From NCBI GenBank assembly GCA_027322285.1, contig DAHVRV010000001.1, forward strand, positions 42,367-106,366: a DNA stretch of 64,000 bases. The letters are read 5' to 3'. How positions within the stretch are numbered: position 1 is the stretch's first letter; each line of letters opens with the position of its first letter. The DNA is from Actinomycetota bacterium. GTDB taxonomy: Bacteria; Actinomycetota; Acidimicrobiia; Acidimicrobiales; Acidimicrobiaceae. The notes beneath the pieces are model-generated. The model made no database searches. It saw only the letters and a program-made list of their open reading frames with translations, and had not been told where the DNA came from. Of the stretch, positions 1 through 12,451 are shown one piece after another. A program made the position numbers and the translations under genes.

Positions 1-1610
1 CCTTTGCACTGCTCCTCGAAACGAGCTGTAGTTTCAGCGGCTAATGACTCATTGGCTGGATCAGAGAGGTCAATTCCGCGAGAGGCTAGGTCCGACAGGG
101 CCAACCCTTCAGGATTCCCACCCAGGAGTATGTCGACGCCGCGGCCAGCCATGTTCGTGGCGACCGTCACCGCGCCCAAGCGCCCGGCCTGCGCAACAAT
201 CTCCGCCTCTCTGAAGTGCTGCTTGGCGTTCAAGACGTTGTGAGGAATGCCCTTTTGTGCCAGGAGCTTCGACAGGACCTCAGACTTGGCTACGGATGCG
301 GTGCCCACGAGGACCGGCTGGCCTAGCCCATATCTCTCCTCTATGTCGTCTACAACTGCCTTGAACTTGGCGAGTTCCGACTTGTAAATGACGTCAGAAT
401 AGTTCTTCCTGATCATTTCCCTGTTTGTGGGAATCGGCACGACGGGAAGATTGTAGGTGCTTGCAAACTCGGATGCTTCGGTTTCGGCAGTACCTGTCAT
501 ACCGGCCAGCTTCGTATACATTCTGAAGTAATTCTGCAGTGTCACGGTGGCCCAGGTATGATTTTCTTCTTTGATCCGTACCCGCTCTTTGGCTTCAACT
601 GCCTGGTGGAGACCTTCTGACCAGCGACGACCTTCAAGGATTCGACCGGTAAACTCGTCGACAATCTTTACTTCGCCCTTGTCGACTATGTAATCCTTGT
701 CCCTCCGATACAGCTCCTTGGCTCTCAACGCCTGATTCAGCTGATGGAGCAGGCTGATTGAACCAAGGTCGTACAAGTTTTCCAATCCAAGTTGTTTCTC
801 AACCCTTTCGATTCCCTCTTCAGTAGGAATCACGGTCTTCTTTTCCTCATCGACCTCGTAGTCCTCTTCGGCGCTAAGAGTCCTCACAATTGATGCAAAC
901 TGATAATAAAGCTGGGCGGACTCCTCGGAAGGACCCGAAATGATAAGCGGAGTCCTCGCCTCGTCAATCAATATCGAGTCAACCTCGTCGACAATGGCGA
1001 AATTATGCCCTCTCTGGACCATTTCACTTATCGACCTGGCCATGTTGTCACGCAGGTAATCGAAGCCGAATTCAGTATTGGTGCCGTAGGTGACATCAGC
1101 GTTGTATGCCTCCTGGCGGGTCCACCACGCCTCTACCGTTTGAACTACAAGTCCAGTGGTCAAGCCAAGGAAGCCATAAATCTTGCCCATATTCGTGGCG
1201 TCACGGTGAGCGAGGTAATCATTCACAGTGACCACGTGCACTCCCTTGCCCTCGAGGGCATTCAAATACACGGGAAGGGTCGAAACAAGGGTTTTGCCTT
1301 CGCCGGTCTTCATCTCGGCAATCCAGCCGAAATGCAGGGCCATACCGCCCATCAACTGGACGTCGAAATGCCGCTGGCCGATCACGCGCACCGCAGCCTC
1401 CCGGACTACGGCAAACGCCTCAACCAACAGGTCATCCAGCGTCTCGCCGTCGGCAAGTCTGGCCCTGAACTCGTCAGTCTTGGCGCGCAGCTCCTCATCA
1501 CTTAGAGCCTGCATCTCGGGCTCTAAGTCATTTATCATGGGAACTATTTCAGAAAGGCGACGAACCTTTTTACCCTCACCGGCTTTCAAGAGCCTCGTAA
1601 ATACACTCAT
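1..1610 (-). CDS. secA: Preprotein translocase ATPase SecA, N-terminal part (3' end runs off the window)
   Basis: Absent from the ORF track because it is truncated by the window edge. My reverse translation from the ATG (rc of 1608-1610) reads [45 protein letters not shown]...[50 protein letters not shown], the SecA motor domain with Walker [10 protein letters not shown] did not check the frame base by base down to position 1. Confidence 0.88.
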   Translation of the reverse strand, partial: MSVFTRLLKAGEGKKVRRLSEIVPMINDLEPEMQALSDEELRAKTDEFRARLADGETLDDLLVEAFAVVREAAVRVIGQRHFDVQLMGGMALHFGWIAEMKTGEGKTLVSTLPVYLNALEGKGVHVVTVNDYLAHRDATNMGKIYGFLGLTTGLVVQTVEAWWTRQEAYNADVTYGTNTEFGFDYLRDNMARSISEMVQRGHNFAIVDEVDSILIDEARTPLIISGPSEESAQLYYQFASIVRTLSAEEDYEVDEEKKTVIPTEEGIERVEKQLGLENLYDLGSISLLHQLNQALRAKELYRRDKDYIVDKGEVKIVDEFTGRILEGRRWSEGLHQAVEAKERVRIKEENHTWATVTLQNYFRMYTKLAGMTGTAETEASEFASTYNLPVVPIPTNREMIRKNYSDVIYKSELAKFKAVVDDIEERYGLGQPVLVGTASVAKSEVLSKLLAQKGIPHNVLNAKQHFREAEIVAQAGRLGAVTVATNMAGRGVDILLGGNPEGLALSDLASRGIDLSDPANESLAAETTARFEEQCK

Positions 1611-1685
1611 GGCCCTTCCATCGTATCTAGAAAAGCTCCATCACGTGCCGAGGCGAACCAAAGCTGGCAATTACTGCCATATGAA

Positions 1686-2234
1686 TCAGACCGACACCTC
1701 GGAATCAATTAGCCCTATCGTTCCGTCTGAGCGCTCATAGACTACAGCAGGACTGCCGGTGTCTTCATTCGTAAAAAAATAAAAGCTGTGTGACAAAAGC
1801 TCCATGTGCAAAACTGCTTCCGAGGGGGTCATTGACTCGATCCTGAAAGTCTTAGTCTTGACTGGACCCCTGTGGCCATTGCCATCACCATTGGCAGCCG
1901 CTTTCGCCACATCCGCCCTGTGATGCGGCTGGGTGCGACCTAACAGCTTCCCCTTGAGCTTTTCGAGCCTGTGCTCCAGCTTCTCCACTACCCTGTCAAA
2001 AGCCTCCATGACCTCGAAGCCGGCGCCCTTGGCTCTAACGACATGGCCATGGCCATACATCGCCACTTCGCAAACTTCTCTCTCGGCTATTCTCGGATTT
2101 TTCTCCTCATACAAACAAATTTCCGCCTTCTCAATGCCGCCCAAGAACTTGGCTAGGTGACTGAGTCGCTCTTCCATCCTTTCGCGCTGTCCAGATCCGA
2201 TGTTGACATTACGTGAACGAAAAGCTATCTGCAC
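1686..2234 (-). CDS. hpf: Ribosome hibernation promoting factor, long form (RaiA/HPF family)
   Basis: 182 aa. The N-terminal RaiA-like domain (FRSRNVNIG..., EKLEHRLEKLKGK) plus the C-terminal domain (FYFFTNEDTGSPAVVYERSDGTIGLI) are typical of long HPF. GTG start preceded by AAGGGGG. Lies directly upstream of secA, a common arrangement. Confidence 0.85.
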   Translation of the reverse strand: MQIAFRSRNVNIGSGQRERMEERLSHLAKFLGGIEKAEICLYEEKNPRIAEREVCEVAMYGHGHVVRAKGAGFEVMEAFDRVVEKLEHRLEKLKGKLLGRTQPHHRADVAKAAANGDGNGHRGPVKTKTFRIESMTPSEAVLHMELLSHSFYFFTNEDTGSPAVVYERSDGTIGLIDSEVSV

Positions 2235-2361
2235 GTTGCCCCCTTTATGTTGAGTTAGGAATTAAGCCACAATCTCATTCTGCAACTTACAACTGAGATG
2301 CGCCAGAGATAAGGCAGATAAAAATCTGAAAATCCAAATATGCGCACTAGCTGCGATAATA

Positions 2362-2396
2362 GAAAAGGGGACGAACCAGAGTCCGTCCCCTTTTTT
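2362..2396. terminator. Rho-independent terminator hairpin, usable in both directions
   Basis: GGGGACGAAC-CAGA-GTCCGTCCCC stem (one mismatch), flanked by AAAA on the left and TTTTTT on the right. On the minus strand it lies downstream of ahcY. Confidence 0.6.
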
Positions 2397-2683
2397 CTGC
2401 CAGTCTCTGTTGCAGCTGACCTGATCTTTTACCCCACACTCGCCTGCTGAGCTATTTACAAGTAGTTTGAGGCGCATACCCACCGATCCCAAACCTTGAT
2501 CCTGTTTTATCGCCTCTCCACTATGCAGCGCCATTCGCCACAAAAGCGGGCAGGACTTACTTCTAAGCCGCACCATGATCACCAACCAGAAGTTGGCTTA
2601 CGTGGATCGTTTCGCCTGCGACTGGCCTCGACTTTCAATCACAGACCTGCAACAGATATTGCATGAAAGCCTACATCCGAAAA

Positions 2684-3976
<1,293 letters not shown>

Positions 3977-3997
3977 TTAATATTGTTGCTCTACCAG

Positions 3998-5035
3998 CTA
4001 TCGGCCAGACAGCCTGCTCTTCATCTCGTTCAAAACGGTTATCGGGCCGGGGTCGATTCCACAGTCCTTGGCAACCTGGAGAGATACGAAATCTCCTGTC
4101 AATACGAGATCCAGCAGCTGCGAAAGCTCTCCCTCGCCAACCCCTTTCACCGTTATGATGTCCTTCACCTTAGATCCCATCAGATCCTTAGCGATATCAA
4201 ATCTCCTCACAACCTGAGGATGCTCACTTGGGTGGCGAAGATTCACTACTGTCATCCTCGATTTTGTTAAGTCATTCAAATACTCCCAGCCAGCCAACTC
4301 ATTATGGCAGTTCTCCGAGTAAACGTTGAAGAAGGCAGGTCTCTTTGCGTTTTCATTTATTTGCGTCTTCCACCGCTGCGCGCTGGCCCGGCCAATGGCT
4401 CCAGAGGAGTGAATCAAGGGGATGGAGTCCCCAATGCGTTCTGCTATCGCCTCGATCTCGGAACGAGGCTGAACCAGTGCATCCCGTCTCCTCTGCAGCT
4501 GCGCGACTGCCAGATCAATCCAGTGAGTGGCGCCAGGAAACAATCCAATTTCTTCAAGCACAACAAGCGGGGGTATTGACATTGCACCGATTGCTGCTCG
4601 AGGCTGTGGAATATCACTCGGGACGGTAATCAACGGCTCACCTGCATCACGCGCCATCTGGGCCAGCTCGCCTCCCGATGTCACGAATACAACTCTGGCG
4701 CCGTGACGCAAAGCCTCTGCCGACGCGTCGATCGTTTCCTCGGTGTTGCCGGAAAACGAGATAGCAAACACCAAAGAACCATGTCCAACAAATGCAGGGA
4801 TCGTGTAGGCCTTGACGACGGCTACCGGAACTGACATAAAAGGAGCTGCAACCGCCAGCAAAACGTCACCGGCAATGCCTGAACCACCCATGCCTAGCAC
4901 CACGACATTTTCAATATCATGTTTATAGGGAAGACCTGGAGTGGCTGTAGCGTTAGTGGCTGCCAGTGCTACCTGTTCCGGGAGACCGGCAGTATACTCC
5001 CACATACGGGATGAATCCAAAACCTGTTCGAACAT
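3998..5035 (-). CDS. Bifunctional phosphoglucose/phosphomannose isomerase family protein (SIS domain)
   Basis: 345 aa. SIS-type motifs (VVVLGMGGSGIAGD, AISFSGNTEET) and a C-terminal PGI/PMI-like region. Sits next to manB as in other actinobacterial mannose loci. Confidence 0.7.
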   Translation of the reverse strand: MFEQVLDSSRMWEYTAGLPEQVALAATNATATPGLPYKHDIENVVVLGMGGSGIAGDVLLAVAAPFMSVPVAVVKAYTIPAFVGHGSLVFAISFSGNTEETIDASAEALRHGARVVFVTSGGELAQMARDAGEPLITVPSDIPQPRAAIGAMSIPPLVVLEEIGLFPGATHWIDLAVAQLQRRRDALVQPRSEIEAIAERIGDSIPLIHSSGAIGRASAQRWKTQINENAKRPAFFNVYSENCHNELAGWEYLNDLTKSRMTVVNLRHPSEHPQVVRRFDIAKDLMGSKVKDIITVKGVGEGELSQLLDLVLTGDFVSLQVAKDCGIDPGPITVLNEMKSRLSGR

Positions 5036-5085
5036 GTAAATACCTCAAACCTGCATTTCTTAGATGTGACTAGAACCGTGTAATG

Positions 5086-5298
5086 CTATGAACTCTTTGC
5101 CAAAGCCATCAGCCGTTCATGCTCACCTTCATCTACCACTTGCGATTCATCTACAAGCATGATGGGAATATTCTGCCTTACGGAGTATCGGCGCTTCAGC
5201 CTGGGATTGTATAACGTGTCCTCCCCTGGAATATAAATCAGCTCTCCCTTGTCAATTGGGCAAACCAGAATCTCCAGAAGTTTGGGATCCAATGTCAC
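5086..5298 (-). CDS. Trm112 family small zinc-ribbon-like protein
   Basis: 70 aa. LLEILVCPIDKGEL...IPIMLVDES is the typical Trm112/UPF0434 signature. Confidence 0.75.
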   Translation of the reverse strand: MTLDPKLLEILVCPIDKGELIYIPGEDTLYNPRLKRRYSVRQNIPIMLVDESQVVDEGEHERLMALAKSS

Positions 5299-5299
5299 A

Positions 5300-6661
5300 C
5301 TACTTCCTTTCAGAATCAGCTTTGGAAATAACGGCTAGGACCTCTTGGACCTTTGACGCTACCTCCAAATCAGATTTAGCTTCGAGATTGAGCCTTAGAA
5401 GAGGCTCGGTATTAGAAGGACGCACATTGAACCACCAGTCGCCCATATCCACTGTAAGCCCGTCCATATGGTCCATTTTGCCTCTTCCCTGATAGGCATT
5501 CTCAAGGAAGGCTAAAACGTCGCTTACGTCTTGAACCTTCGTATTTACTTCGCCTGATGCGCTATAGCGCTCAAGGTCGATTCTCAGCTGGGAAAGTGGC
5601 TTGTCCGACAGAGAAAGCACCTCAAGAACTACAAGAGCCGCGATCAAACCGGAATCCGCACGGAAGTTATCCCTGAAGTAGTAGTGTCCGGAGTGTTCGC
5701 CTGCGAAGAGGGCATCTGTCTCGCCCATAATAGTTTTGATAAAACTATGTCCTACCCTGGTCTTAATCGGAATCGCCCCGCTTTCAGCGATTATTTCCGG
5801 AACTGCTTTGGAGCAGATCAGGTTGTAAAGGATTTTCGATCCTGGATACTTTGCCGCGAGGGTCTTCGCGACAAGAGAAGTCGTAGTTGACCCGGAAATC
5901 GTCTGCCCCTGGTCATCGACAAGAAAAACCCTATCGGCGTCGCCATCGAATGCCAATCCTATATCGGCGCCAGTTGAAATTACCCGCTGTTTGAGATCAA
6001 CGAGGTTCTCCGGCTGGATGGGATCTGCAGGATGGTTCGGGAACATGCCGTCCAACTCGGGAAACAGTATTTCGAGTTGGAAAGGAAGTGCTGAGAATAC
6101 CGCTGGGACCACCAGCCCTCCCATTCCATTCGCCGTGTCTGCTATCACCTTCAACGGCTTTAGGCAACCGGCGTCGACAAACGAGCGGACATGATCCGCA
6201 AACCTGGTCAACATCTCTTTTTGTTCATACGATCCGGCTTTAGCGGCGGTTGGAATGCCATCATCTATAAAGCTTTGGGCGAGCTCGGCAATATCCTGCA
6301 GTCCGTTGTCTGAGCTGATTGGCCGTGCCGCTGATAGGCACATCTTTATTCCGTTATAGATCGCCGGGTTGTGAGATGCCGTGAACATGGCTCCGGGCAC
6401 ATCGAGCTCTCCCGATGCAAAATAGAGCATGTCCGTAGATCCAAGGCCTAAATCGATAATGCCCGCCCCAACTCTGCGGACCCCATCCATGAATGCTGAA
6501 CTGAGCTGCTCGCCTGAGACACGCATGTCGCGGGCCACGGCAATCTTGGAGCTGTGGGAATACACTGCGAATGCAGCACCAATTGCACGCGCGATATCAT
6601 CATTAAACTGGTCGGGAACCGTACCCCTGACATCATAAGCTTTGAAGATTTCGGAAATCAT
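5300..6661 (-). CDS. manB: Phosphomannomutase/phosphoglucomutase
   Basis: 453 aa. N-terminal FKAYDVRG, active-site loop TASHNP, metal loop FDGDADR, sugar loop GEHSGH. Confidence 0.85.
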   Translation of the reverse strand: MISEIFKAYDVRGTVPDQFNDDIARAIGAAFAVYSHSSKIAVARDMRVSGEQLSSAFMDGVRRVGAGIIDLGLGSTDMLYFASGELDVPGAMFTASHNPAIYNGIKMCLSAARPISSDNGLQDIAELAQSFIDDGIPTAAKAGSYEQKEMLTRFADHVRSFVDAGCLKPLKVIADTANGMGGLVVPAVFSALPFQLEILFPELDGMFPNHPADPIQPENLVDLKQRVISTGADIGLAFDGDADRVFLVDDQGQTISGSTTTSLVAKTLAAKYPGSKILYNLICSKAVPEIIAESGAIPIKTRVGHSFIKTIMGETDALFAGEHSGHYYFRDNFRADSGLIAALVVLEVLSLSDKPLSQLRIDLERYSASGEVNTKVQDVSDVLAFLENAYQGRGKMDHMDGLTVDMGDWWFNVRPSNTEPLLRLNLEAKSDLEVASKVQEVLAVISKADSERK

Positions 6662-6725
6662 ATGTCTCAGAACCCTTGCCTTGTTTCAATTTCCTCTAGA
6701 CGGACTAAAAGCACGGAGACTAACT

Positions 6726-9191
6726 CTAGTCGATAGACTCCGGTAACTTCTTGGATCGCGTGCCCTTCACAATAAAAGCAACAGCAGCTGCAAGCGAAAC
6801 AATAGTCAAGCCGTACCCAATGTAGTCGATTGGAGTCATTCCGTAATAAACGACCACATGTCGTGACGTAGGAATAACAACCATCAGGTTCGGCGCCACT
6901 CTGTAGGGACCACTTCCTCCCTTGACCTGCCAATTTGGGAAATAAGACTCTTTGACCAACACCGGCGCTCCCACGTTGGAAACATCGAACGACACCGACG
7001 AGCTGTTTTGGCTGATATGGCTAACAGTGGTAGGGTCCACCGGATTCGAAGGAAGGTTGGTTGAACCTGCCGCGACCCTGGTCCAATTTGGGGGACCTGA
7101 CTGGGCCGGTAATACAGACCATAGTTTCGGGTCATCGTACCACGGCATGACATCCTTAACCCAAGACGCCTGGCTTGGATTTACGCCACGTAAAACCACG
7201 GGCCAGCTGCTTAAAGGCTCTACCCTTGCCGAATGCTTGACAAGATAAATACTCCATGTCCATCCCAGCGGTGAGTTCAAACCGGCTGACGGTTCCAAAG
7301 CTGGCACAGTCTCAATTTTCTGCAACTGCGGATCTTTGTCGGCCTGCGCAACGACATTTGGGGAGTACGCCATATAGTACCGAACGCCCAGGAGCTGCAG
7401 ATGCTGAACTCCTAACGCTACATTTAGTCCGTTGTAAGGCAGACCAGACATAGCCTCCGATGGAGATGCCGACAGCTCTGATTGGTTCATGAAATGAAAC
7501 GGAGTGGTTGCCGACGATTCGAAAAACAAACCCTCCATTGAGCCGATGCATCGGTTGGTCCAATACGGCAAGAGCATAAGGGCCATAGGGGTCCCATAGG
7601 CATTTTGCTGAGAGTTGTACTCCCACATTGCCGGACCGCAACCATAATTTCTGCCGACGGTCTGCATGGTCGCCATGAGTTCGCGATAGGCAGGGTATGC
7701 GGGCTTTCCTTCGTAGCCTGTGTAGTTCCACCTAAGCCAGGAAGGTACGAAACTTTGCGTTGTATGGAAGGGCAACCATGGTATGGGGCCGAACAGCCCT
7801 AATCCAGATATTGCAAACACCACCAGTGACACCAGGGTAGCGAGAACAACGTGGCCGCGGGAACCGAGGGACTCATTTTCCGGGCCGGGCCATCGCGGCT
7901 TTTTGACTGTCTCGGCCGCAGGCTGAGCGAGAACAGTTGCTACTTCCTCAGCGCCGAGTTCAAGCCCAATCAAGGAACTTGGCAAAGAATAGCCAACCTC
8001 ATCTTCCTCTAATGCTTCTACGTCCGGCTCAGACGAAGGAACTTTTTGGTTGTCGATCCAGGATTTTGCGTTTTTGAATACGGCACCAATCAGGATACCC
8101 AGGTTGCCGAGAAACAATCCTGACAAAGCGTAGAGCGAAAGGACCCAGAACGGCAGTGCTCGAGCGTTATACACTGCGCTATTGGGCAGAAATATGAATG
8201 CCGCAACCGAAAAAACACCCAGCAAAGCCAAGAGCACCCCTAGCATCTGCTTTCTCCAGATCGCAAAAACCGTGCCGAGAAGAGCCATAATCAGCCAGGG
8301 GCGTAAGGAGTGAGGGAACAAAGTGCTGTCATAGGTTGTCACCTTTGACCAGCCCATTGACGTTGAATATGCTATGCGAAACGCAAACGGAAGCGCCCAG
8401 AACGATGCGATCAGTGCGGCTAGAACCACCATTCCAACCGTATATCGCAAGTCGGCCCAGCTTTTGTAATAGATACGCTTCATAAGAACGAGCAATACCA
8501 GCGCTAAACCAACCCAGAATGATGGGAGTATGTGGGCCAAAGTTGCAAGTGCGAAGATCAGTGCGCCAATCGCCGCCTCTGTCCTGGTCAATCCCCGTTT
8601 TGATGCGATTGCAACTACTATGATTCCAAGTGCCAGCGAAAGAGAAAACGAATATTCACCCGCGAGCGTTGATGCCAGATTTCCGCCATCGATTGTGTAG
8701 CTAGTGTTAAACAGGTAGCCGACGCCCACTAGCCCCAAACAAAGCGGAATTGGCCGGGGAAGCTCAAACTTCTTACCCAAGTAATAGAGACTCGGGATGA
8801 AGATGAGCGAACCTAGAACGGTAATCAACTTGAATGCGACGTTGTAGGTGATGAAAATGTTAAGGAACGCGACCAGGATAGAGGGCAACGGGAAATAAAA
8901 GCCCAGCAAAGGAAACCCGTCATACCAGGCATTGCTCCAGCCGGTCAGACGAAAATGATTGAAAACCTGATGCTCTGCGAGCCATGGAACAATAAAGTGG
9001 GCGCCGGTATCCCCTCCCGTCGTGGTGGTATTGGAAAGAATGAGCGACGGATGCAGCTGCCATATGACAAAGGCCAGTGCCAGCAGGATAAAAAATCTAT
9101 CGATGATATTTGCTTTTTGATCGCTGGCCAAATTACTGATGCGGCGTATCAAGGATGGCACCCATCCATCATGCCCGATATTGTCAGACAA
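6726..9191 (-). CDS. Large polytopic membrane protein, putative GT-C-type glycosyltransferase (function uncertain)
   Basis: 821 aa. The N-terminal half has many hydrophobic segments, followed by an acidic linker (SSEPDVEALEEDEVG), one more hydrophobic segment and a C-terminal soluble domain of about 330 aa. No catalytic motif recognised. The function is inferred from this architecture and from the adjacent mannose-activation genes. Confidence 0.5.
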   Translation of the reverse strand: MSDNIGHDGWVPSLIRRISNLASDQKANIIDRFFILLALAFVIWQLHPSLILSNTTTTGGDTGAHFIVPWLAEHQVFNHFRLTGWSNAWYDGFPLLGFYFPLPSILVAFLNIFITYNVAFKLITVLGSLIFIPSLYYLGKKFELPRPIPLCLGLVGVGYLFNTSYTIDGGNLASTLAGEYSFSLSLALGIIVVAIASKRGLTRTEAAIGALIFALATLAHILPSFWVGLALVLLVLMKRIYYKSWADLRYTVGMVVLAALIASFWALPFAFRIAYSTSMGWSKVTTYDSTLFPHSLRPWLIMALLGTVFAIWRKQMLGVLLALLGVFSVAAFIFLPNSAVYNARALPFWVLSLYALSGLFLGNLGILIGAVFKNAKSWIDNQKVPSSEPDVEALEEDEVGYSLPSSLIGLELGAEEVATVLAQPAAETVKKPRWPGPENESLGSRGHVVLATLVSLVVFAISGLGLFGPIPWLPFHTTQSFVPSWLRWNYTGYEGKPAYPAYRELMATMQTVGRNYGCGPAMWEYNSQQNAYGTPMALMLLPYWTNRCIGSMEGLFFESSATTPFHFMNQSELSASPSEAMSGLPYNGLNVALGVQHLQLLGVRYYMAYSPNVVAQADKDPQLQKIETVPALEPSAGLNSPLGWTWSIYLVKHSARVEPLSSWPVVLRGVNPSQASWVKDVMPWYDDPKLWSVLPAQSGPPNWTRVAAGSTNLPSNPVDPTTVSHISQNSSSVSFDVSNVGAPVLVKESYFPNWQVKGGSGPYRVAPNLMVVIPTSRHVVVYYGMTPIDYIGYGLTIVSLAAAVAFIVKGTRSKKLPESID

Positions 9192-9233
9192 CGATATGCG
9201 CCTTTCAAATATTGTCTTGTGACTGGATTGTAT

Positions 9234-10013
9234 CTAGTGGATCCGGAGCAAAGCTATAAGCGTAACCGCGTTGAAGGCACCGTGCGCAAACATGCCGGGC
9301 CCTAAACGGCCGAATTTTAGCCTCAGAGCAGCCAATATAAGCCCGAAGAAGGCTAAGCCCAGAAGCTGAAGCGGTTCTCCGTGTGCCAAGCCAAAAAGAA
9401 CAGACGAAATTATCGCTGCGAGAAATGATGAGGCTGACTCGGGAAGCCGAGAAAACCTTTCTTTTAGCGAGCCCAATAGAAGGCCTCGAAAATAGAGCTC
9501 CTCAACAATTGGAGCGCCTACCGCGAGAAAAAGCGCCAAAACTACAAATCCGCCTCCGTGACCCAAACCTGTTAAGGTCTGAGCAGGTTGGCTAAGTTTT
9601 TGAGAGAGATTTGGAATCGCGCGCTGAAAGGGATAGTAAAGCAAGGGAATGACCACCAATTGGCCAAGTACTCCAACCGGAATCCCAATTACCATATCCT
9701 GAAGAATGATATTTTTGAGGCCAAAATCGGCACTAAGCGAGCCCGTCCCTCGCTTTTTCGAAGCGTAAACGACAGCTGCTAAAAGTCCGGTCCAAAGGCC
9801 CAAAAGATTTGCGATCAGCGCTCCAAATGAGTTCGTGGGCGACGCATTTGGCGGGGCATTTGTGATCGTCAGCTCAATCAACACATACACCGTAGCGAAG
9901 AAATACCCGACTATGAACCCGACAACGGCAACGGAAAGGGCATTAATTCCTTTCACGCCTCCCTGGCGCGGAGATGGTTCCCACTGATTCACTCTCACGA
10001 GAATAGTGCGCAA
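9234..10013 (-). CDS. CPBP family intramembrane glutamic endopeptidase (CAAX protease-like)
   Basis: 259 aa membrane protein with EELYFRG, FGLAHG and HGAFNA motifs. TTG start; exact start uncertain. Confidence 0.8.
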   Translation of the reverse strand: MRTILVRVNQWEPSPRQGGVKGINALSVAVVGFIVGYFFATVYVLIELTITNAPPNASPTNSFGALIANLLGLWTGLLAAVVYASKKRGTGSLSADFGLKNIILQDMVIGIPVGVLGQLVVIPLLYYPFQRAIPNLSQKLSQPAQTLTGLGHGGGFVVLALFLAVGAPIVEELYFRGLLLGSLKERFSRLPESASSFLAAIISSVLFGLAHGEPLQLLGLAFFGLILAALRLKFGRLGPGMFAHGAFNAVTLIALLRIH

Positions 10014-10118
10014 AGCGACAGATCAAGACGCTGGCAATCCTCCAACCGACATGCAAAAAGAGACTGCTTCATCAATCTTTTAATCAATTACTTCCATTGC
10101 GCGCCTAACATGTGAAAT

Positions 10119-12125
10119 ATGAGTCGTCAAATGCCCGAAAAGCGTCAACGCGGAAATGGAAATGATAAAGGAAATAAACTCCTGCCGAACGGCCCAGATC
10201 AGAGCTGGCGTTGGATAGTCCTCGTACTCGTAACACTTCTTGCTGCAGCCTTTGTATATGCCTCGGTCTTCACTCCGCAAACGACGAAACAACTTAGCTA
10301 CGATACGTTTCTGCACGATGCCCAGGCAAAGCAGGTGGTATCAGCACAGATTGATAATAGCAACGGAAAGATTAGCGGAAAATTATCCGACGGATCAAGC
10401 TACTCCGTCAATGGGCCCTTGCCGTTCATTACTACAGATATAACGCAACTAAGAACGGAAGGCGTAAACACCTCTTTCTACACTCCCAACACCAATTTCC
10501 TGTCACAAATGCTTTACTACCTGATTCCGCTTCTCTTTCTGGTTGGCTTATTTGCATATATGAACAGACGAGCTCAGGGTCAGATGTCGGGGATCATGTC
10601 CATCGGCAAATCTAAACCTAAGGTCTACTCTACCGAGAGGCCCAGGACTACTTTCGATGATGTGGCAGGATACAGCGCAGTCAAACTCGAGATTTCCGAG
10701 GTAGTTGATTTTCTCAAGAATGCACAGCGCTTCAAAGAAATCGGTGCCAGGGTGCCCAAGGGGATTCTGCTAGTAGGTCCGCCGGGTACCGGCAAGACTC
10801 TGCTCGCCCGTGCTGTAGCTGGAGAAGCCGGAGTGCCGTTCCTAAGCGTGACAGGTTCTGATTTCATGGAGATGTTCGTAGGTGTCGGAGCATCACGAGT
10901 AAGAGATTTATTTCAAACCGCCCGCAAGCAAGCGCCAGCAATCATATTTGTCGACGAAATCGACTCCATTGGAAGAAAACGCGGTGCGGGACTTGGCGGA
11001 GGGCACGATGAAAGAGAACAGACTCTGAACCAGATGCTCTCAGAAATGGACGGCTTCGACACCGCCGAGGGCGTCGTGATCATGGCAGCTACCAACCGGC
11101 CAGACATCCTGGATCCTGCTCTCCTGAGGCCGGGAAGGTTTGATCGCCAGATAGTTGTCCCCCTGCCGGACCTAGAGGAAAGACTTCCAATTCTCAAAGT
11201 CCACTGCAAAGGAAAGAAAATTTCTTCAGACGTGGACTTGAGCGTAGTCGCCCGTGGAACCCCGGGAATGAGTGGTGCAGATCTTGCCAACCTCGTAAAT
11301 GAGGCCGCCCTCTATGCCGTAAGAAGATCCTCCCCTGAGATTCATATGGAAGACTTTGAAGCTGCTAGGGACCGAGTTCTCATGGGCCAAAGGCGCGATT
11401 CCCTAGTTCTGTCCGACGAGGAAAAGGAGCGCGTCGCATATCACGAAGGTGGACATGCCGTACTAGCTTACGTATTGCCAAACGCCGATCCAGTCCACAA
11501 AGTCAGCATCCTCCCAACGGGATTAGCTCTCGGTGTCACACAGCAGCTGCCTCTCGAAGAACGTCATATCTACCCCAAGGAATACATCGATGATTCACTG
11601 GTGGTCCGGATGGGCGGTCGCGTAGCGGAAATGCTCATCTTCGGCGATTTATCCACCGGAGCAAACAACGACCTGGTTGGAAACACCGAAATGGCTAGAA
11701 AGATGGTCAGAGAATGGGGTATGAGCGACAGGATAGGCCCTAGGGCTTGGGGATCGCAAGGAATGGTGTTTCTAGGTGAGGATCTGATGCATAGCCGCGA
11801 CTACTCAGAAGATACCTCAAAAATCATTGACGAGGAGATCGACACTATCCTGAGAGAACAGGAGCTCAGGGCAACGGAGCTTCTAAAGATCCATCAGAAA
11901 GGTCTGGAGCTTGTGGCCAACGCTCTACTTGAAAAAGAGACCATTGATGGAAGTGAAGTTGCTGCGCTCATTGACGAGGGATACGGGGCTCCGGTATATG
12001 GTCCAAACGCCAAGAAGGCGCTTATTGCCAAACTTACTTCCGATCGACGTGATACTGATGCCGGCCAAGATTTCACTGGCACCGAGACGCTGGAAAACAA
12101 CTCGGGAAATATCGATAACATCTAG
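10119..12125 (+). CDS. ftsH: ATP-dependent zinc metalloprotease FtsH
   Basis: 668 aa. N-terminal TM segments, AAA+ Walker [23 protein letters not shown], Walker [12 protein letters not shown] region, zinc site HEGGHA. Confidence 0.95.
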   Translation: MSRQMPEKRQRGNGNDKGNKLLPNGPDQSWRWIVLVLVTLLAAAFVYASVFTPQTTKQLSYDTFLHDAQAKQVVSAQIDNSNGKISGKLSDGSSYSVNGPLPFITTDITQLRTEGVNTSFYTPNTNFLSQMLYYLIPLLFLVGLFAYMNRRAQGQMSGIMSIGKSKPKVYSTERPRTTFDDVAGYSAVKLEISEVVDFLKNAQRFKEIGARVPKGILLVGPPGTGKTLLARAVAGEAGVPFLSVTGSDFMEMFVGVGASRVRDLFQTARKQAPAIIFVDEIDSIGRKRGAGLGGGHDEREQTLNQMLSEMDGFDTAEGVVIMAATNRPDILDPALLRPGRFDRQIVVPLPDLEERLPILKVHCKGKKISSDVDLSVVARGTPGMSGADLANLVNEAALYAVRRSSPEIHMEDFEAARDRVLMGQRRDSLVLSDEEKERVAYHEGGHAVLAYVLPNADPVHKVSILPTGLALGVTQQLPLEERHIYPKEYIDDSLVVRMGGRVAEMLIFGDLSTGANNDLVGNTEMARKMVREWGMSDRIGPRAWGSQGMVFLGEDLMHSRDYSEDTSKIIDEEIDTILREQELRATELLKIHQKGLELVANALLEKETIDGSEVAALIDEGYGAPVYGPNAKKALIAKLTSDRRDTDAGQDFTGTETLENNSGNIDNI

Positions 12126-12173
12126 TCTCACACGGGCTCAACCGGGCTAAATGTCACTACCACCGTTCATAAT

Positions 12174-12413
12174 ATGCATATGAGCGCACAGATGAGACTG
12201 ATTGAGATTGAAGAGAGAATTCCGACTTGGGCACTTGACCGTCGAACAAGAGAAGTTGGCCTAAAGGGAGTCGCTGCCGCCAGGGCAGTGCTCCAGAGAC
12301 CGTCCAGCAGCAAGGCCCGAAACTTTTCGCGTTCAAATCGAAACGTTGCTGACTTTCAGTTAAAGGTAACTAGTTCTCCTATTTTTGACTTCGTGGCGAA
12401 GTCCACAGAGTAA
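12174..12413 (+). CDS. Hypothetical small protein (coding status uncertain)
   Basis: 79-aa ORF with no recognisable domain and no clear SD. Reported only because it fills the ftsH to YdjC-like gap. Confidence 0.3.
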   Translation: MHMSAQMRLIEIEERIPTWALDRRTREVGLKGVAAARAVLQRPSSSKARNFSRSNRNVADFQLKVTSSPIFDFVAKSTE

Positions 12414-12451
12414 CCTTTTAGCATCCGAGCATTTCTAGCTGGAGAGTCCAA

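Noticed and set aside
1005-1740. Plus-strand ORFs of 166 and 170 aa (1005-1505, 1228-1740) at the left end
   Set aside because: They lie antisense to the clearly recognisable SecA reading frame and have Arg/Ser/Pro-rich shadow-ORF composition.
2262-2585. 107-aa minus-strand ORF between ahcY and hpf
   Set aside because: No SD, odd composition (Cys/Trp-rich), and it spans the terminator hairpin at 2362-2396. Treated as noncoding hpf upstream region. I also looked for an SAH riboswitch, but ahcY has only a 21-nt upstream gap.
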